A stretch of DNA of 64,000 nucleotides from Octopus vulgaris (GCA_951406725.2 OX597823.1:30566001-30630000); one strand, 5' to 3'; shown: positions 13,321-25,779, counted from the stretch's first letter. The notes: a model not told the origin generated them from the sequence alone. Made by a program: numbers and translations.

Positions 13321-14302
13321 TATCGCATCAGAATATTTATTATACCATTTCAAAGTAGAAAACACACACAGACACTCACACAACAAAAAATTCTAATCAG
13401 TTCTTTAATATTTTCTCTTTCATTCATCTGCAGTTTATAAAATAAGTACAGTGATATGCTAAAATGTATAGTCTTGTTTCTATATTAGAAATCATAATTA
13501 TTAACAAGTAAATAGATTGACAGCAAATCTAAAGTAGCGAACGAAAACAAAAATGCTTGGCGGCATTTAAATACGTTCCCAGTTGAAATTCCATCAGGGT
13601 CGACTTCACCTTTATCTTTCACTTTGGGGCAGTCGGTAAAATGACGTTGCGAGTCGATTTAATCTTCTACAACACACCTTTCCCAAAGTGCGTGGCTTTT
13701 TGTACCGTTATGTAAGATATTGGTAAGTGAAGCCCGGTTTTCGATGCTTAAATCACACAGTCTTATGTTTGTGTTGTTTCTCTGTAAAAAGAAAGCTGGG
13801 GACGTCGCACCTTGTCGACCATGCTTGGCCATTCTCCAATAACAAAAGATGTTAGCAAGTAGAGAGGAAGGAGGATGAGAAGACGCAGCAGCAGCGAAAG
13901 ACGAATAACGTTAAAGAAATAACGGATTGTATATTTATTTCTCCGCTCTCTTGATTTTGCTATTTGGTTCTCGTTTTGTGATGCATGTAATTTACGAAGA
14001 TTGGCTGTATAAAAAGAAAAGATCTGAAGAAAGACAGAATCATATATATTTTTAAAAATCGAAAACATTTCGTTGAAGATGCTGTGATGCTGGTGACAGC
14101 TTCGAGTTTTGTCCGATGGAAGTTTTAAGTTTGCTGGTGGTGCTGAAGCGAAAACAAACAAAGAAGCTTAGAGGTGATCCTTTGTGTTGTCGTTCTGTCG
14201 TCTCTTCAAATTAACTGAGTAAAGGAATGAATGAACGGTTTATTTGATCAATCGGCGAGGTTGGCATTCTAAGAAAAAATAATAATAATAATAATAATAA
14301 AT

Positions 14303-14765
14303 ATGTCCACCCAAACAATGAACGATTGTACCATGTCTGACTACTACAACAGTAACAACAATTACGATGTCAATGACCCGAGTCCAGCTTATATGATGCC
14401 ACCACCAACACCACCGCCGCCTCCGTCACCACCTCCACTACCGACCACTACTTCGACAACATTAAATTGTCGTACATCATCGACATCAACAACAGCAGCG
14501 ACAACAACAAATAGTAATTCGAACACTAGCAACGTCTGTCGTGCCATCGGACGGGGCAGATGTTGTCGCGACAGTTGCAGTCAAAGATGCCGCGGATGGA
14601 AAATCGAAGAACCTGGCGGACCGAAACTCTGGCGACAAATGGTCATCGGGTTTGTGAGTGCCGCTTGTGTTGGACTTATCATGTTCTCGTTAGGGAGTAT
14701 CTTTATTTCTGAGGCTGTTCGGTCACGTATATCTATCACCATTATGCTCTGTATCATGGGAATGG
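14303..14765 (+). CDS. Probable first coding exon of an unidentified membrane protein
   Basis: ATG at 14303 opens 154 codons: a Pro/Thr/Asn low-complexity N-terminus, Cys-rich RCCRDSCSQRC, WKIEEPGGPKLWRQ and two hydrophobic segments. It ends at a consensus donor G|gtaagt (14766, phase 1). The upstream region is CpG-rich and UTR-like. Confidence 0.7.
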
Positions 14766-17254
14766 GTAAGTACATGTGATTATTACTTTCTCTTTCCCTA
14801 CCTGTCTACCTTTTTTATACATCTATGTTTATGTATCTACCATCTACCTCTCTGCATATGTGTGTGTGTGTGTGTCTTACAGTTCAGACACGTATGTAGA
14901 GTCTGTGCACTGATCAGTCTGTTTATGTAGCTTTCTGTTTCCCTACCTATATATCCTTATAATTTGTCCATATATCCATATAAATTATCTCTATGTATTT
15001 GTACGATTGCGTAATTATGTCAGTGTTTTACTCTATCATTTCGTTCATTTGTATTTGTCTTATTCAAGCTCCACCAACTCAAAATGAGTGTGTGTTTAGT
15101 TATATCTGTGTTTATACAGACACATATAGTTGTGTCTATCTATCTATCTTTTTATCTATCTCTACTATATATATATATATATAGTTGGAATTTATATATA
15201 TATAGAGAGAGAGAAAGAGAGTTATGCCTCTATGGTGTGTGTCGCTCAAATAACTCTACTGTCTTAAAAATGGAAAGGACACATAAGACTATATAGTTCT
15301 AGCCTGCCCTTTATCACTAGATCAAGTCTAAGCAGTGTAAGACTGGCAGATAAGGAGAACACAGGCAAGTCACACAGACAATGTAGTTTCATTGAAGTTT
15401 GTTTAGACTGTCTCTTCTTTCTTTACCTGATTCTAACGGTAAATAAAGATAGCAGCCACGAGGGAGCCTATATGTGGTCGCTATGACTGCTAGAAATTGC
15501 ATTGAAATCCTCTTTAAATCACATCCCGCCGTCTTAAAATGGGACACATCAGATAATGTAAGTCTGGCGGGGTTCAATAGCTTGGGAAGAGACAGCATAG
15601 CCATGGTTGAATGATTTTGATTATTGTTTCTGCATGATCGGAGCTGACCTAGAACTATTGCAGCGCAACAACAGTAGCTTATAGATAAATAAATATGTTT
15701 TCGTTTTGAAGATGCTTTTCTTTACATTTGTTGTAAATATTTTTTTTGGTTTTTGTGTATTTAAATCGTTACCTCTGAGTTCTGAGTTCGTGTTAAGGTT
15801 TTTACTTTTAAATCTCTTCAGTTGAAACGGTTTCGAACACCCCCGCCGCCGCCGTCACCACAGTTTCTCACCCCCGCTTCTACCACCCCCATCAACACCA
15901 TCTTACACAGGTAATGCAGAAGCCTTTGTGCAGTCGCTTGACGTGTCAGAAAGAAACAGCAGCCAAAACTCCCTCTCAAGTCATTCTCTGTCGTCTTAAT
16001 TAGGGAACAGACACGTTAGAGAATGTAATCTTACATACACTCTTTCCCTAAAAAGGACGGGGGTGGTCGCAACCGATTGATCTTTGATCATGGACCCGAT
16101 TGATGGTGACTGAACAAACGTTGGGGTGCTTTTGTAACTTGATTGACGGAAATCATCACACTCCTCACCACCACCAATGTCATCGTCGTCGTCGTCATCA
16201 TCATCATTTTCATCTTATCATTACCTTTATCAACACGATCGCAGTAATTACAAAACCGGTAGCGAACCACACTAAATACTTGCTGTATTATAAATGTCCC
16301 TTCTTTCATCATCCAACTTCAAATCCCACCAGTTTTTTAATTGGGATCTCGATACCTCTGTTGTCAATAAAATAACTCCCGGTCAGTGTACAGAGGGCTT
16401 GCATACTCTAATGACCTTCTTTTGATTGTCGGAGATCGTTACTTTGTTATATAATTACTGTCGTGTTGTTGTATATTTTCATAGGTAAAACGGAGTGTTG
16501 TGGCGTTCATGCTTTTACCATACTTGTGTTGCAGAGTTCAGATTAATGAAAACTTTGCGATGTCACGGCAATTTTATTTTGTCTTTTCCTCGAAACGGTT
16601 GATTCCTCTCTCTTGGAATACTTTTTGTCACGTTCATTGAAATGTGAGAGAAGAAAAATCATTGAACCAACCCAGTCTTCGGCAATACTGTTCTGATTCA
16701 CCGTGTATTTCAATGACGAAAGAAAAGGGACATGGTTTTCAACTTGGAATTGAAAGTGTGTCGCGAGAATCAACGCTTCCATTGTCCTATCTCTTACCAG
16801 GGGCTCTATTTCGAACACCCTCACTCATTGCTTAGCCTCAATTCAACCCTGAGCAGTATCCGATTTTTCTGTGTATTTGTAGCTATTTCGCCTAATCTGG
16901 CCTTCTCTTATTTGAGACTGTAAGATACGTGGTTATAGGAAATTCAGGTGCTGTTTCTGGCAAATTGACCGACCTCAAAAAAATTTCCCCGTTATCTCAG
17001 TTGAGTGTTAGTTGTGACATTTTGCGGTAAAATTTCAGTAACTATTTTGTAATGAGAAACCTTCTGCTCTGGAACTTTCGTTACACGTGGGTCTGATATA
17101 AAGAAAACAATTGGAAAATCTCTCAGCATTTGTTAGACAGTTGCGTGGCCTCTGTTCCTTATAATATGCAGAACTAAGAAAGCCTTGTGCAGACTACAGT
17201 TGTCGTCATCATCATCCACAATATCATACCAGATTTAATAATAATAATAATAAT

Positions 17255-17463
17255 CCTGTCTACTAAAGGCACAAAGCCTGAAATGGGCGGGGGGCTAGTT
17301 GATTACATCGACCCCAGTACGTAACTGGTACTTAATTTATCGACCCCAAAAGGATGAAAGGTAAAGTCGACCTTGGCGGAATTTGGACCGAGAACGTAAA
17401 AACGGACAGAATGCCACTGAGCGTTTTGCCCAGCGTGCTAACGATTCTGCCAGCTTGCCACCT

Positions 17464-17507
<44 letters not shown>

Positions 17508-17715
17508 GCTGGCTTCAACTTTTGGTTCAGACCAGTAATTTTAAGGGAGGTGGCAAGTTGATTACATTGACCCCATTGTTCAATCAGTATTTACTTTATT
17601 GACCCCGAAAGGAGGAAAGGCAAAGTCAACCCCCACCAGTAACATTTGAACTCAGAACGTAAAAATGGACAAAATGCTACAAGACACTTCCCCAATGTGC
17701 TAACGATTTTGCCAC
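17255..17715 (-). mobile_element. Two tandem SINE family B copies separated by (AAT)n
   Basis: ctggtacttaatttatcgaccccaaaaggatgaaagg motif, repeated at about 17590. Confidence 0.8.
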
Positions 17716-18279
17716 ATATTTTGTGGGTTGTTATAATCAAAATAGTAATAATTAATTATTAATTTTAAGGCAAAAGTTGTAATTAATATTAATTTTTGAT
17801 TTTTTTATTATTATTATTATTTAATTTAAGATTTATATCGAAAGTATACAGTTGACATTATTGACCTTGGTGTCATTATGATCATTGTTATTTAAACATC
17901 CGTTTTCAGTGCTGGCATGGGTTGGACAGTTTGACAGGAGCTGTCCACACTCCATATCATCTGCTGTGGCAGGGTTTCTACAGCTGGATGCCCTTCCTTA
18001 TGCCAGCCACTTTACAGAGTGTGCTGGGTGCTTTTTACATGCCTAGTATTTTTTTAGTGACTTCACCAAGAAGATGTAAGTCTGGATATGAACTTGGGTT
18101 GTAAAGAGAGATAGAATTAAATCAGTCCTACTCATTTCTCTACTGATTTTGTCAACCAATAACCAGAGCCTTCAAGAGAAATTTGGCAAGGCTGAACAAG
18201 CCTACTTTCAAAACTTAGGAAGAAGCAGTGGACTTCTTGAAATTCTAAAGGGCTGTGAGATTTTTCTCTTTTTTCATTT

Positions 18280-18426
18280 TGGCGTTAGGAAGGGCATCCA
18301 GCCGTAGAAACACTGCCAGATCTGACTGGGCCTGACGAAGCCTTCCAGCTTCACAGACCCCAGTTGAACCGTCCAACCCATGCTAGCATGGAAAGCGGAC
18401 GCTAAATGATGATGATGATGATGATG
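18280..18426 (+). mobile_element. RTE-LINE 3' tail copy ending in (GAT)n
   Basis: ttaggaagggcatccagccgtagaaac...ccaacccatgctagcatggaaagcggacgctaaatgatgatgat, which matches the 3' end of the 48069-49484 element. Confidence 0.8.
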
Positions 18427-19544
18427 AGAGGAGGGCCCAGCATCTAGTTATGGACCTCTTGTGATTCTGGAAACACCACTTGAAATCTCACCTTAAAGGT
18501 CTTGCCAACACTTATTCTCCAGGACGGGTACAAGGCCCACAAATTTGAGAAAGGCGTATACTCGATTATACAAAGTGACATGTTTTCATTTAGTGACCCT
18601 TAAAGAGTTAGAGATAAAGTTAACCTTGGCTGAATTTGAACTAAGAACATTTAAAGCTGTAGCAAGATATTGTTCTGCTGATTCTGCCTACAGTCATCTT
18701 GATCATCATCATCATTTAATATCCATCTTCCATGCATCCATGGGTAGGATGGTTGATAGGAGCTGACCAGGTAGAAAACTACCCTAGGCTACTGTGACCA
18801 TTTTGTCAGGGTTTTTACGGCTGGATTATTTCTTACATAGGGTCAGGGCAAAAATCAACTGTCATTTATTTCATCCCCAGTACTAAACTGGTATTATTTT
18901 ATCAACTCCAGGAGGATGAATGGCAAAATTGACCTTGGCAGGATTTGAACTAAGAATATGAAGAACCAGGACAAATACTGCAAGACATGTAATGATTCTG
19001 CCAAACCATTGCTCAATCAAAATAATCTTTTTCTAACTTAGACTGAGGGCCAGAAACTTTTTGACAGGTTGGGGGTTTTCTTGATTAACTCTTGATACCA
19101 TCTTACCTGAGACTGCCCTGTTTCTCTGATACAAATTTCAGAGAATTTAAACTGATCTAAATGAAAACCTTCCATCAAAGTTTCATGGCAATTTATATTT
19201 CAAGCACCAGTCTAATAATAACAAAGTTATATTACTAAATTCTTCATTATTTTCAAACTTAATTCAAAGAAATTGCAGTATATTTCAACCGAAATCATCA
19301 TATCATCATCATTGTTTAACTTCCGTTTTCCATGCTGGCATGGGTTGGACAGTTTGCCTGCGGACTGGAGAGTCAGATGGTTGCACCAGGCTCCAATCTG
19401 ACCTGGCAACGTTTCTACAGGTGGATGCCCTTCCTAATGCCGAGAGTGAAAGAGTTAAACAATTTCTAATCCTTAACTGTTAATTTATATTTTTCACCCC
19501 AGGAGGGATTAAATAATGTTATTGTTATTGCCATTAGCAAGAAA

Positions 19545-19757
19545 CAAGCTGGCAGAACCATTAAAGAGCTGGAAAAAAATTGCTTTGCAGCATATCTTTT
19601 CACTCTTTCCATTCTGAGTTCAAATACTGCCAAGGTCAACTTTGCCTTTCATCATTTTGGGGTCAATAAAATAAGTACCAGTTGCATACTGGGTCGATCT
19701 AATTGACTGGCCCCCTCCCTCCAAATTTTGGGCCTTGTGCCTAGGGTAGAAAAGAAT
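19545..19757 (+). mobile_element. SINE family B
   Basis: gctggcagaa head, gagttcaaat B-box, gcctttcatc...ggtcaataaaataagtaccag. Confidence 0.8.
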
Positions 19758-19983
19758 AGAATAAGTACCAGTAATGCACTGAGATCAATAAGCTCTCTTC
19801 CACAAAATTTCAATGGTGGTTAAACACTGCAGTGGAGGTGGGTAACAGTTGTAAAGATGGACAAAATGTACGATTTTATTTCTTTCCTCAAAATGGATGA
19901 TTATGGCTGGAATGCTTTAACAGGAGTGACCAGGGGCTAAACATCACAACTATCATGTCTACATATTTTTGACCAACACACCA

Positions 19984-20263
19984 TGGGCATATAGTGTAAT
20001 GGTTAAGAGCGCAGGCTACTAACCCCAAGATTCCGAGTTCGATTCCAGGCAGTGACCTGAATAATAATAATAATAATAATGATAATAATATGGAAAAATA
20101 CCTTAGGAATGAGAACCCAGGTTCAAAATTTCCCCAAGACACCTGATGAAAGCTGGAGGGTATATCAGCTAAAACGTTGTGTTAACAACAAAGAAGATGA
20201 GGACAAATATCCCTCAAATGTAAATAATGTACATAATTCCTCATCTCTTAAATATAGAACTGA
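19984..20263 (+). mobile_element. tRNA-headed, hammerhead-bearing SINE-like element (family H1) with 6-bp TSD
   Basis: tRNA-like head (A-box tagtgtaatgg, B-box gagttcgattcc), (AAT)n linker and hammerhead-containing tail. ACACCA occurs at 19978-19983 and 20264-20269. Confidence 0.75.
20138..20183 (+). ncRNA. Minimal hammerhead ribozyme motif (decayed core)
   Basis: GACAC CTGATGA A AGCTG-gagggtatat-CAGCT AAAA CG TT GTGTT. Stems I and II pair, but GAAA is mutated to AAAA. Confidence 0.65.
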
Positions 20264-20804
20264 ACACCAAATAAAAGTTTATCTTCTCGTCCCCATATCT
20301 ACATCATGTGACACTCTTCACATCTCCATATCAAACAACAGACCTGGTCCCATAAACGTTCTGCTAGCTAGATGAAGCTTTGCCAGTTGGGTGAAGTTCT
20401 GCCAATTCTGTGTCTATGAACACTTGGTGTTCATGCTGTAGTGGTGTGTGACCTCACTGATGTAATGTAGGTAGGGTTTTATATCTGAACTATTGTTGTT
20501 CAGTTTTGAGTGAATCAGCCCAGATTTGCATTACTGTGATTTTTGAGGAACATAGGTGGCAGCAAAATGGCAGAGTTATTATATCAGGGGACTGGAGGCC
20601 TTGTGGTATTTATTTTGACTTTCTTTGCCTTTCATCTTTGTAAGATCTTTGTAACATTGAGTAGCAGGTTGATAGAATTGCCAGACGAAATACCTTGTTG
20701 TATGTAATAAGACAGTTAGGCACAGCCATTTGGGCGTGAAGATTTGACATGGATAATAGGAAATTCAGCTTATTTGGACAACAGTACATTTGGTGTTGGA
20801 GTAA

Positions 20805-20835
<31 letters not shown>

Positions 20836-21342
20836 GAAAGAGGGAGACATTACAATTTATTAATTAAATGTTTTATTTGACATTTGAACATGATTGACAT
20901 TAAAAACTTTTCACCTCCTCATCTGCTTAAAGAAATATACTCACACACATAAACAGAGAAAAAAGGAGGAAGAGAGTGAGAGAAACAATAAAATGCCTGA
21001 TGTCAAATAAGTCAGCTGTGCCAAAAAAAAACAAAAAAAAACAGTCTCATAGCCTTTGCAGAATATGTTCCAGCTGTTTGTCTTTTAAGATCTAAATGGT
21101 AGCAGACTTTATCTACTGTCTAGTTTAGCACCACCTTTTTGTCTGACTTCAGCTGTGACCATTTTGTTGCAAGCATTTGGATCGAGTCATCAGTTTGACA
21201 ATAACTACCTCTTACCGGTCTTGGAATTCTTGAGAAAATAAAAGATCATAGGGATTGCCCTTGATTTCTGAATAAATAAAAAAAGAAAAGAAATTTTTTT
21301 AAATATTTGAAATGATTGTTTAGGTCACTTGTTTAGTTGTCT

Positions 21343-21569
21343 TTAACCCTTTAGTGTTCTGATTATTCTATCAAACATAATGCTTATTGATTCCCATTGA
21401 TTCGAATTAATCATGCATTATCTCATATCTTCAAGATCTTGATGGTGTAATTACTTAATGTAGAATAACATTGTAGGGTAGGTGTGAGAGCCTGGATCTG
21501 GTCAGTTTGAATATAAAACAGATTAAATATTTTGGCCAGATATGGCCGGTTTAAATACTAAAGGGTTAA
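21343..21569. mobile_element. piggyBac-like MITE
   Basis: TTAA-ccctttagt at the left end and actaaaggg-TTAA at the right. Confidence 0.8.
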
Positions 21570-22260
21570 ATGGCTCAAGGATAAGTCAGACAGTGTTCAT
21601 AGATACAGAATCGGCAGAGCTTCATCCAGCTAGCAGAATGTTCATGGGACCAGGGGTGTTGTTTAATATGGAGATGTGAAGAGTGTCACACGCTGTAGAT
21701 GGGGGATGAGTAGATAAACTTTTTGGTGTGTTGGTCAAAAATATGGAGAGGTGATAGTTGTGTTGTTGCTGTTGCTGTTGCTTAGCCACCGGTCAGTCCT
21801 GTTAAGGCAGGCCTTATTTTATGATCAGAAGCATTCCAACCATGATCATCTATTTTGGGGAAAGAAATAAAATCCTACATTTTCCAATCCAATGTGACCT
21901 TTCCTTTTTATAGATGGTAATGTATATTTGAGTGAGATTTGGCTGCTGTTTCTTCAGAATTGAGTGACTATGTATAGATTCTGTCATTGTCTTGGAGAGA
22001 TGATGGCAATATGAACAGGTGCAGACAGTTCTAAGTATCAAAGGATTCAGCTTTTGAACCAAAATTTTGGATGACATGTGTGGTCCAAATGGATATTCAT
22101 GTGTGTGTGTGCATACGTGCACACATATACATCTTTCTGTTTACGTTATGGTATGCTGGAGTGTATACGGTGCATAGGGAGTGTGTGTGTATGACTTTGT
22201 TTTGCATGATTCCTGATTTGAAATCATGTGTTGAAACAGTTTATATTTTGGCAAGAAAAA

Positions 22261-22480
22261 GAATTATTTACATTATTACATTTGACGGGTATTTGTCCTC
22301 ATCTTGTTTGTTAACTCAACTTTTCAGCTGATATACCCTCCAACCTTCATCAGGTGTATTGGAGAAATTTTGAACCTGGGTTCTCATTCCTAATGTATTT
22401 TTTGAAGTTATTATTATTATTATTATTATTCAGGAATTGGACTTGGAATCTTGGGGTTAGTAGGCCCCTCTTTTAACCAT
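22261..22480 (-). mobile_element. Family H1 copy (partial tRNA-like head plus hammerhead tail)
   Basis: Reverse complement of 19984-20263. The minus strand reads tacac CTGATGA a ggttg...cagct GAAA AG TT gagtt. Confidence 0.75.
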
Positions 22481-22606
22481 TTTTAAAAGACTGTCTCTAC
22501 ATCTATACAAGAAAGTCACATCGTTTGAAAGATGAACTAGTTTTTGATGGAGTTTCTCTATATGTTTCCATTGAAGTCTAATGTCAGCTCCATAACAATT
22601 CCTGAA
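22481..22606 (-). pseudogene. Possible Penelope-like ORF N-terminal fragment
   Basis: RNCYGADIRLQWKHIEKLHQKLVHLSNDVTFLYRCRDSLL resembles the YG...KL...N...FL.RC motif at the start of PLE ORFs (from memory, not searched). Confidence 0.5.
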
Positions 22607-22614
22607 TAATAATG

Positions 22615-22647
<33 letters not shown>

Positions 22648-22808
22648 TCGAAAATACCTTAGGAATGGTCTGAAATTTGCCCAAAACACCTGATGAAGCT
22701 AGAGGGTATATCAGCCGAAAGGTTGTGTTAACAACAAACAAGATGAGGACAAATATCTGTCAATTGTAAATAATGTAAATAATTCTTCATCTCTTAAATA
22801 TAGAACTG
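22597..22808 (+). mobile_element. Family H1 tail copy with hammerhead motif at 22685-22729
   Basis: AACAC CTGATGA agctagagggtatatcagcc GAAA GG TT GTGTT. It ends in tatagaactg like the 19984 copy. Confidence 0.75.
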
Positions 22809-23285
22809 TATTAAGAAAGAAATGACCATCCCAAAATATAGCTCACACACACATATATATATATGGCTTTTATATATATATATATATATATATATGAGTG
22901 TATATATATATATATACTTATGTATATATATATATATATATATATATGAGTATATATCCAAGTATATATGTGTGTGAATATATATATATAGGTGTTGTGT
23001 GTGTATTTGAAAGCACTTGTATATGCATATATGTATGTTTGTGTGTAAATATTTCTCTATATGCACAGGTATTTATATATAGAGAGAGAGAGAGTGTTGC
23101 TATTATGCAAAAGTGTCGTAAGTCCAAAACGTTGCTTTTTTTTTAGAAAACGAAAAAAATAGTTTCGCCATTCCATAGCAAAACCATTGTATTACACTTT
23201 GACAATTTTTGATGTTTTGGCATCTGAAGCAGCTGCAGATAGTATAGTTTGACCAAAAGAAGCGGCTGTTGCAAGCACAACAGGG

Positions 23286-23476
23286 GGCTAAACATAGAGG
23301 GGACAAACAAGGACAGACAAAGGGATTAAGTTGATTACATTGACCCCCAGTGCGTAACTGATATTTATGTACTCAACCCCAAAAGGGGGAAAGGCAAAGT
23401 CGACCTCAGTGGAATTTGAACTCGGACTGTAACTGCAGACGAAATACCGCTAAGCATTCTACCAGCTCACCACCCT
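23286..23476 (-). mobile_element. SINE family B
   Basis: gaaaggcaaagtcgacctcagtggaatttgaactc...gaaataccgctaagcatt. Confidence 0.75.
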
Positions 23477-23598
23477 AAAGCGTAAATGAATATTGTAAAA
23501 AAAAAAACGCATTTGGTCAAATTTGGACATACGACAGTTTAACATGATAACAACGATGTATATATATAAACACATGAGCACACAGGTGAATTTATGTG

Positions 23599-23630
<32 letters not shown>

Positions 23631-23870
23631 TCATACATATATACCTGTTACCTGCCAGACATTATAATTATTCAATGTGTTGCTTTGTCTGACTCATGTG
23701 TGCTTGCATGTACATGACTGTATGCTTGTGTGCATGTATGTGCATGCGTGTGAGTGAGAGCGTAAACAGATCGATGTGGCTTGTCTCACTTGGAATTGAA
23801 GCTGTCTGTGCATCGGCAGCAGGGGAGGTGCAGGTTGTTGTTGTTTTTGGTTGTGGTAGTGGTAGTGGTG

Positions 23871-23902
<32 letters not shown>

Positions 23903-24317
23903 GATGGTAGTGCTAGTAGAGGTTGTAGTGCTGGCAGTATAAAAGGAAGGAGTACATTTGTAGTACTACAGTATGTCTTCTAATATGTTCATCCATATGT
24001 GTGTGTGTGTGTGATGTGTTCTCTGAATTATGGAAATAGAGAAATGGTAGAACCATTTCTGAAACATACGCCATTGTTTTGGGATACATGACATTAAATG
24101 ATGATGATGATCATCATCATCACACACACACACACATATACATATTGTTTACATTAGCCTTTCACTTTTGCCATCCAGAAGGGTGTTTTTTAACCCATTA
24201 TGTACATGCGAAATCTTTGAAGCTTTATCTAATTTACATTCTACCATTAAAAATTGTGTATGTACATACAAATATGCACACACACACAGATATATACATA
24301 CATATATATAGTTACAG

Positions 24318-24359
<42 letters not shown>

Positions 24360-24694
24360 AATATGTTGAAGAATTCTAAAGCAAACATGCTATGGACAGT
24401 CAAAATTACTTTTCCATACTGTTATTCACCGGAGTCTTTTGATAAGGATAGCATGATTTCATATCATGGATCTCTCTCAGAATCTGTTCACCTACAATAT
24501 TATTGACCCCTATTACATAATATATATGGTTTTGGTACCAGTTATTGTTTATTTGAAACAGCTGTAAAGATAAGGCTTGATTACATCATGTATATGGATA
24601 TGCAACTTTCCATGTGAATACACTTCTTACACCTACTTTGTGTATCTATCTGCCTTTTTTTAAATTATATATATTTCATATATACAAATATAGT

Positions 24695-25080
24695 GTCTGT
24701 GTGGTAAGTAGCTTGCTAACCAACCACATGGTTCCGGGTTCAGTCCCACTGCGTGGCATCTTGGGCAAGTGTCTTCTGCTATAGCCCCGGGCCAACCAAT
24801 GCCTTGTGAGTAGATTTGGTAGACGGAAACTGAAAGAAGCCTGTCGTATATATGTATATATATGTATATGTGTGTGTGTTTGTGTGTCTGTGTTTGTCCC
24901 CCTAGCATTGCTTGACAACCGATGCTGGTGTGTTTACGTCACCGTCACTTAGCGGTTCGGCAAAAGAGACCGATAGAATAAGTACTGGGCTTACAAAGAA
25001 TAAGTCCCGGGTCGATTTGCTTGACTAAAGGCGGTGCTCCAGCATGGCCGCAGTCAAATGACTGAAACAAGTAAAAGAGA
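24695..25080 (+). mobile_element. Near full-length SINE family A (young, CpG-retaining)
   Basis: Head, CORE-like block, internal TA/TG tract and ggtgctccagcatggccgcagtcaaatgactgaaacaagtaaaag tail. Confidence 0.85.
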
Positions 25081-25779
25081 GAAAAAGATATATACATATT
25101 ATATAGTGATAGATATGCACATTTATTACATTTATATATTTATATTTGTACACACACACACATGCACACACACATATACACATATTGTGATCATGATCAT
25201 AGAAATTCTGTGAGCTATGCTGGCATGAATTGGATGGTTCAACAGGATCTGATGAGACAGAGGACAGCGTTGAACTATAATGTCTGCTTTGGTATGGTTT
25301 CTGTGGATGGATGGCATTCCTAATGCCAACCCCTTTACAGAGGGTTACGAGTGCTTTTTTTCATAGCACTGGCCCTGACAAGGTCACCGACTATATTCAA
25401 CACAAAACCTCTTGACACACTTGTGGGGAGTAGTATTGAGGGCGATGGCTTTGAGGCAGGTGTTGAGAGGCTATAAAGTTTGAGTGTGTGTGTATGTATG
25501 TATGTATGTCAATACATATATACAGTAAACTACATTCATAGGTGAGACTTCTGTTTGGGATTTCTGGAATTGTGGGGAGCATGGAATAACCCCTTAATTA
25601 CTATTACACCCAGGTCTATTCTGATGGGGAACAGTTGCACCTGTCATTGTCCTGTCTATGAGTTAAAAAAATATCCTAGTAGCAAAAGATCCCCACCACT
25701 ACTGTTTTTGAAAAAGCCATAGGGAAGGCAGCTCTTTTAGCAGACAGATAGATACTCTGACATAAAACTTGCTGCCAAA

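Noticed and set aside
16484-16545. Possible second exon (ttttcatag|GTAAAACGG..., phase-compatible with the 14765 donor)
   Set aside because: It reaches a stop after about 20 codons with no supporting features, so it cannot be distinguished from chance.
19984-20058. Functional tRNA gene
   Set aside because: The acceptor and anticodon stems pair poorly, there is no T-run terminator, and it is fused to a repeat tail. Treated as a SINE head.
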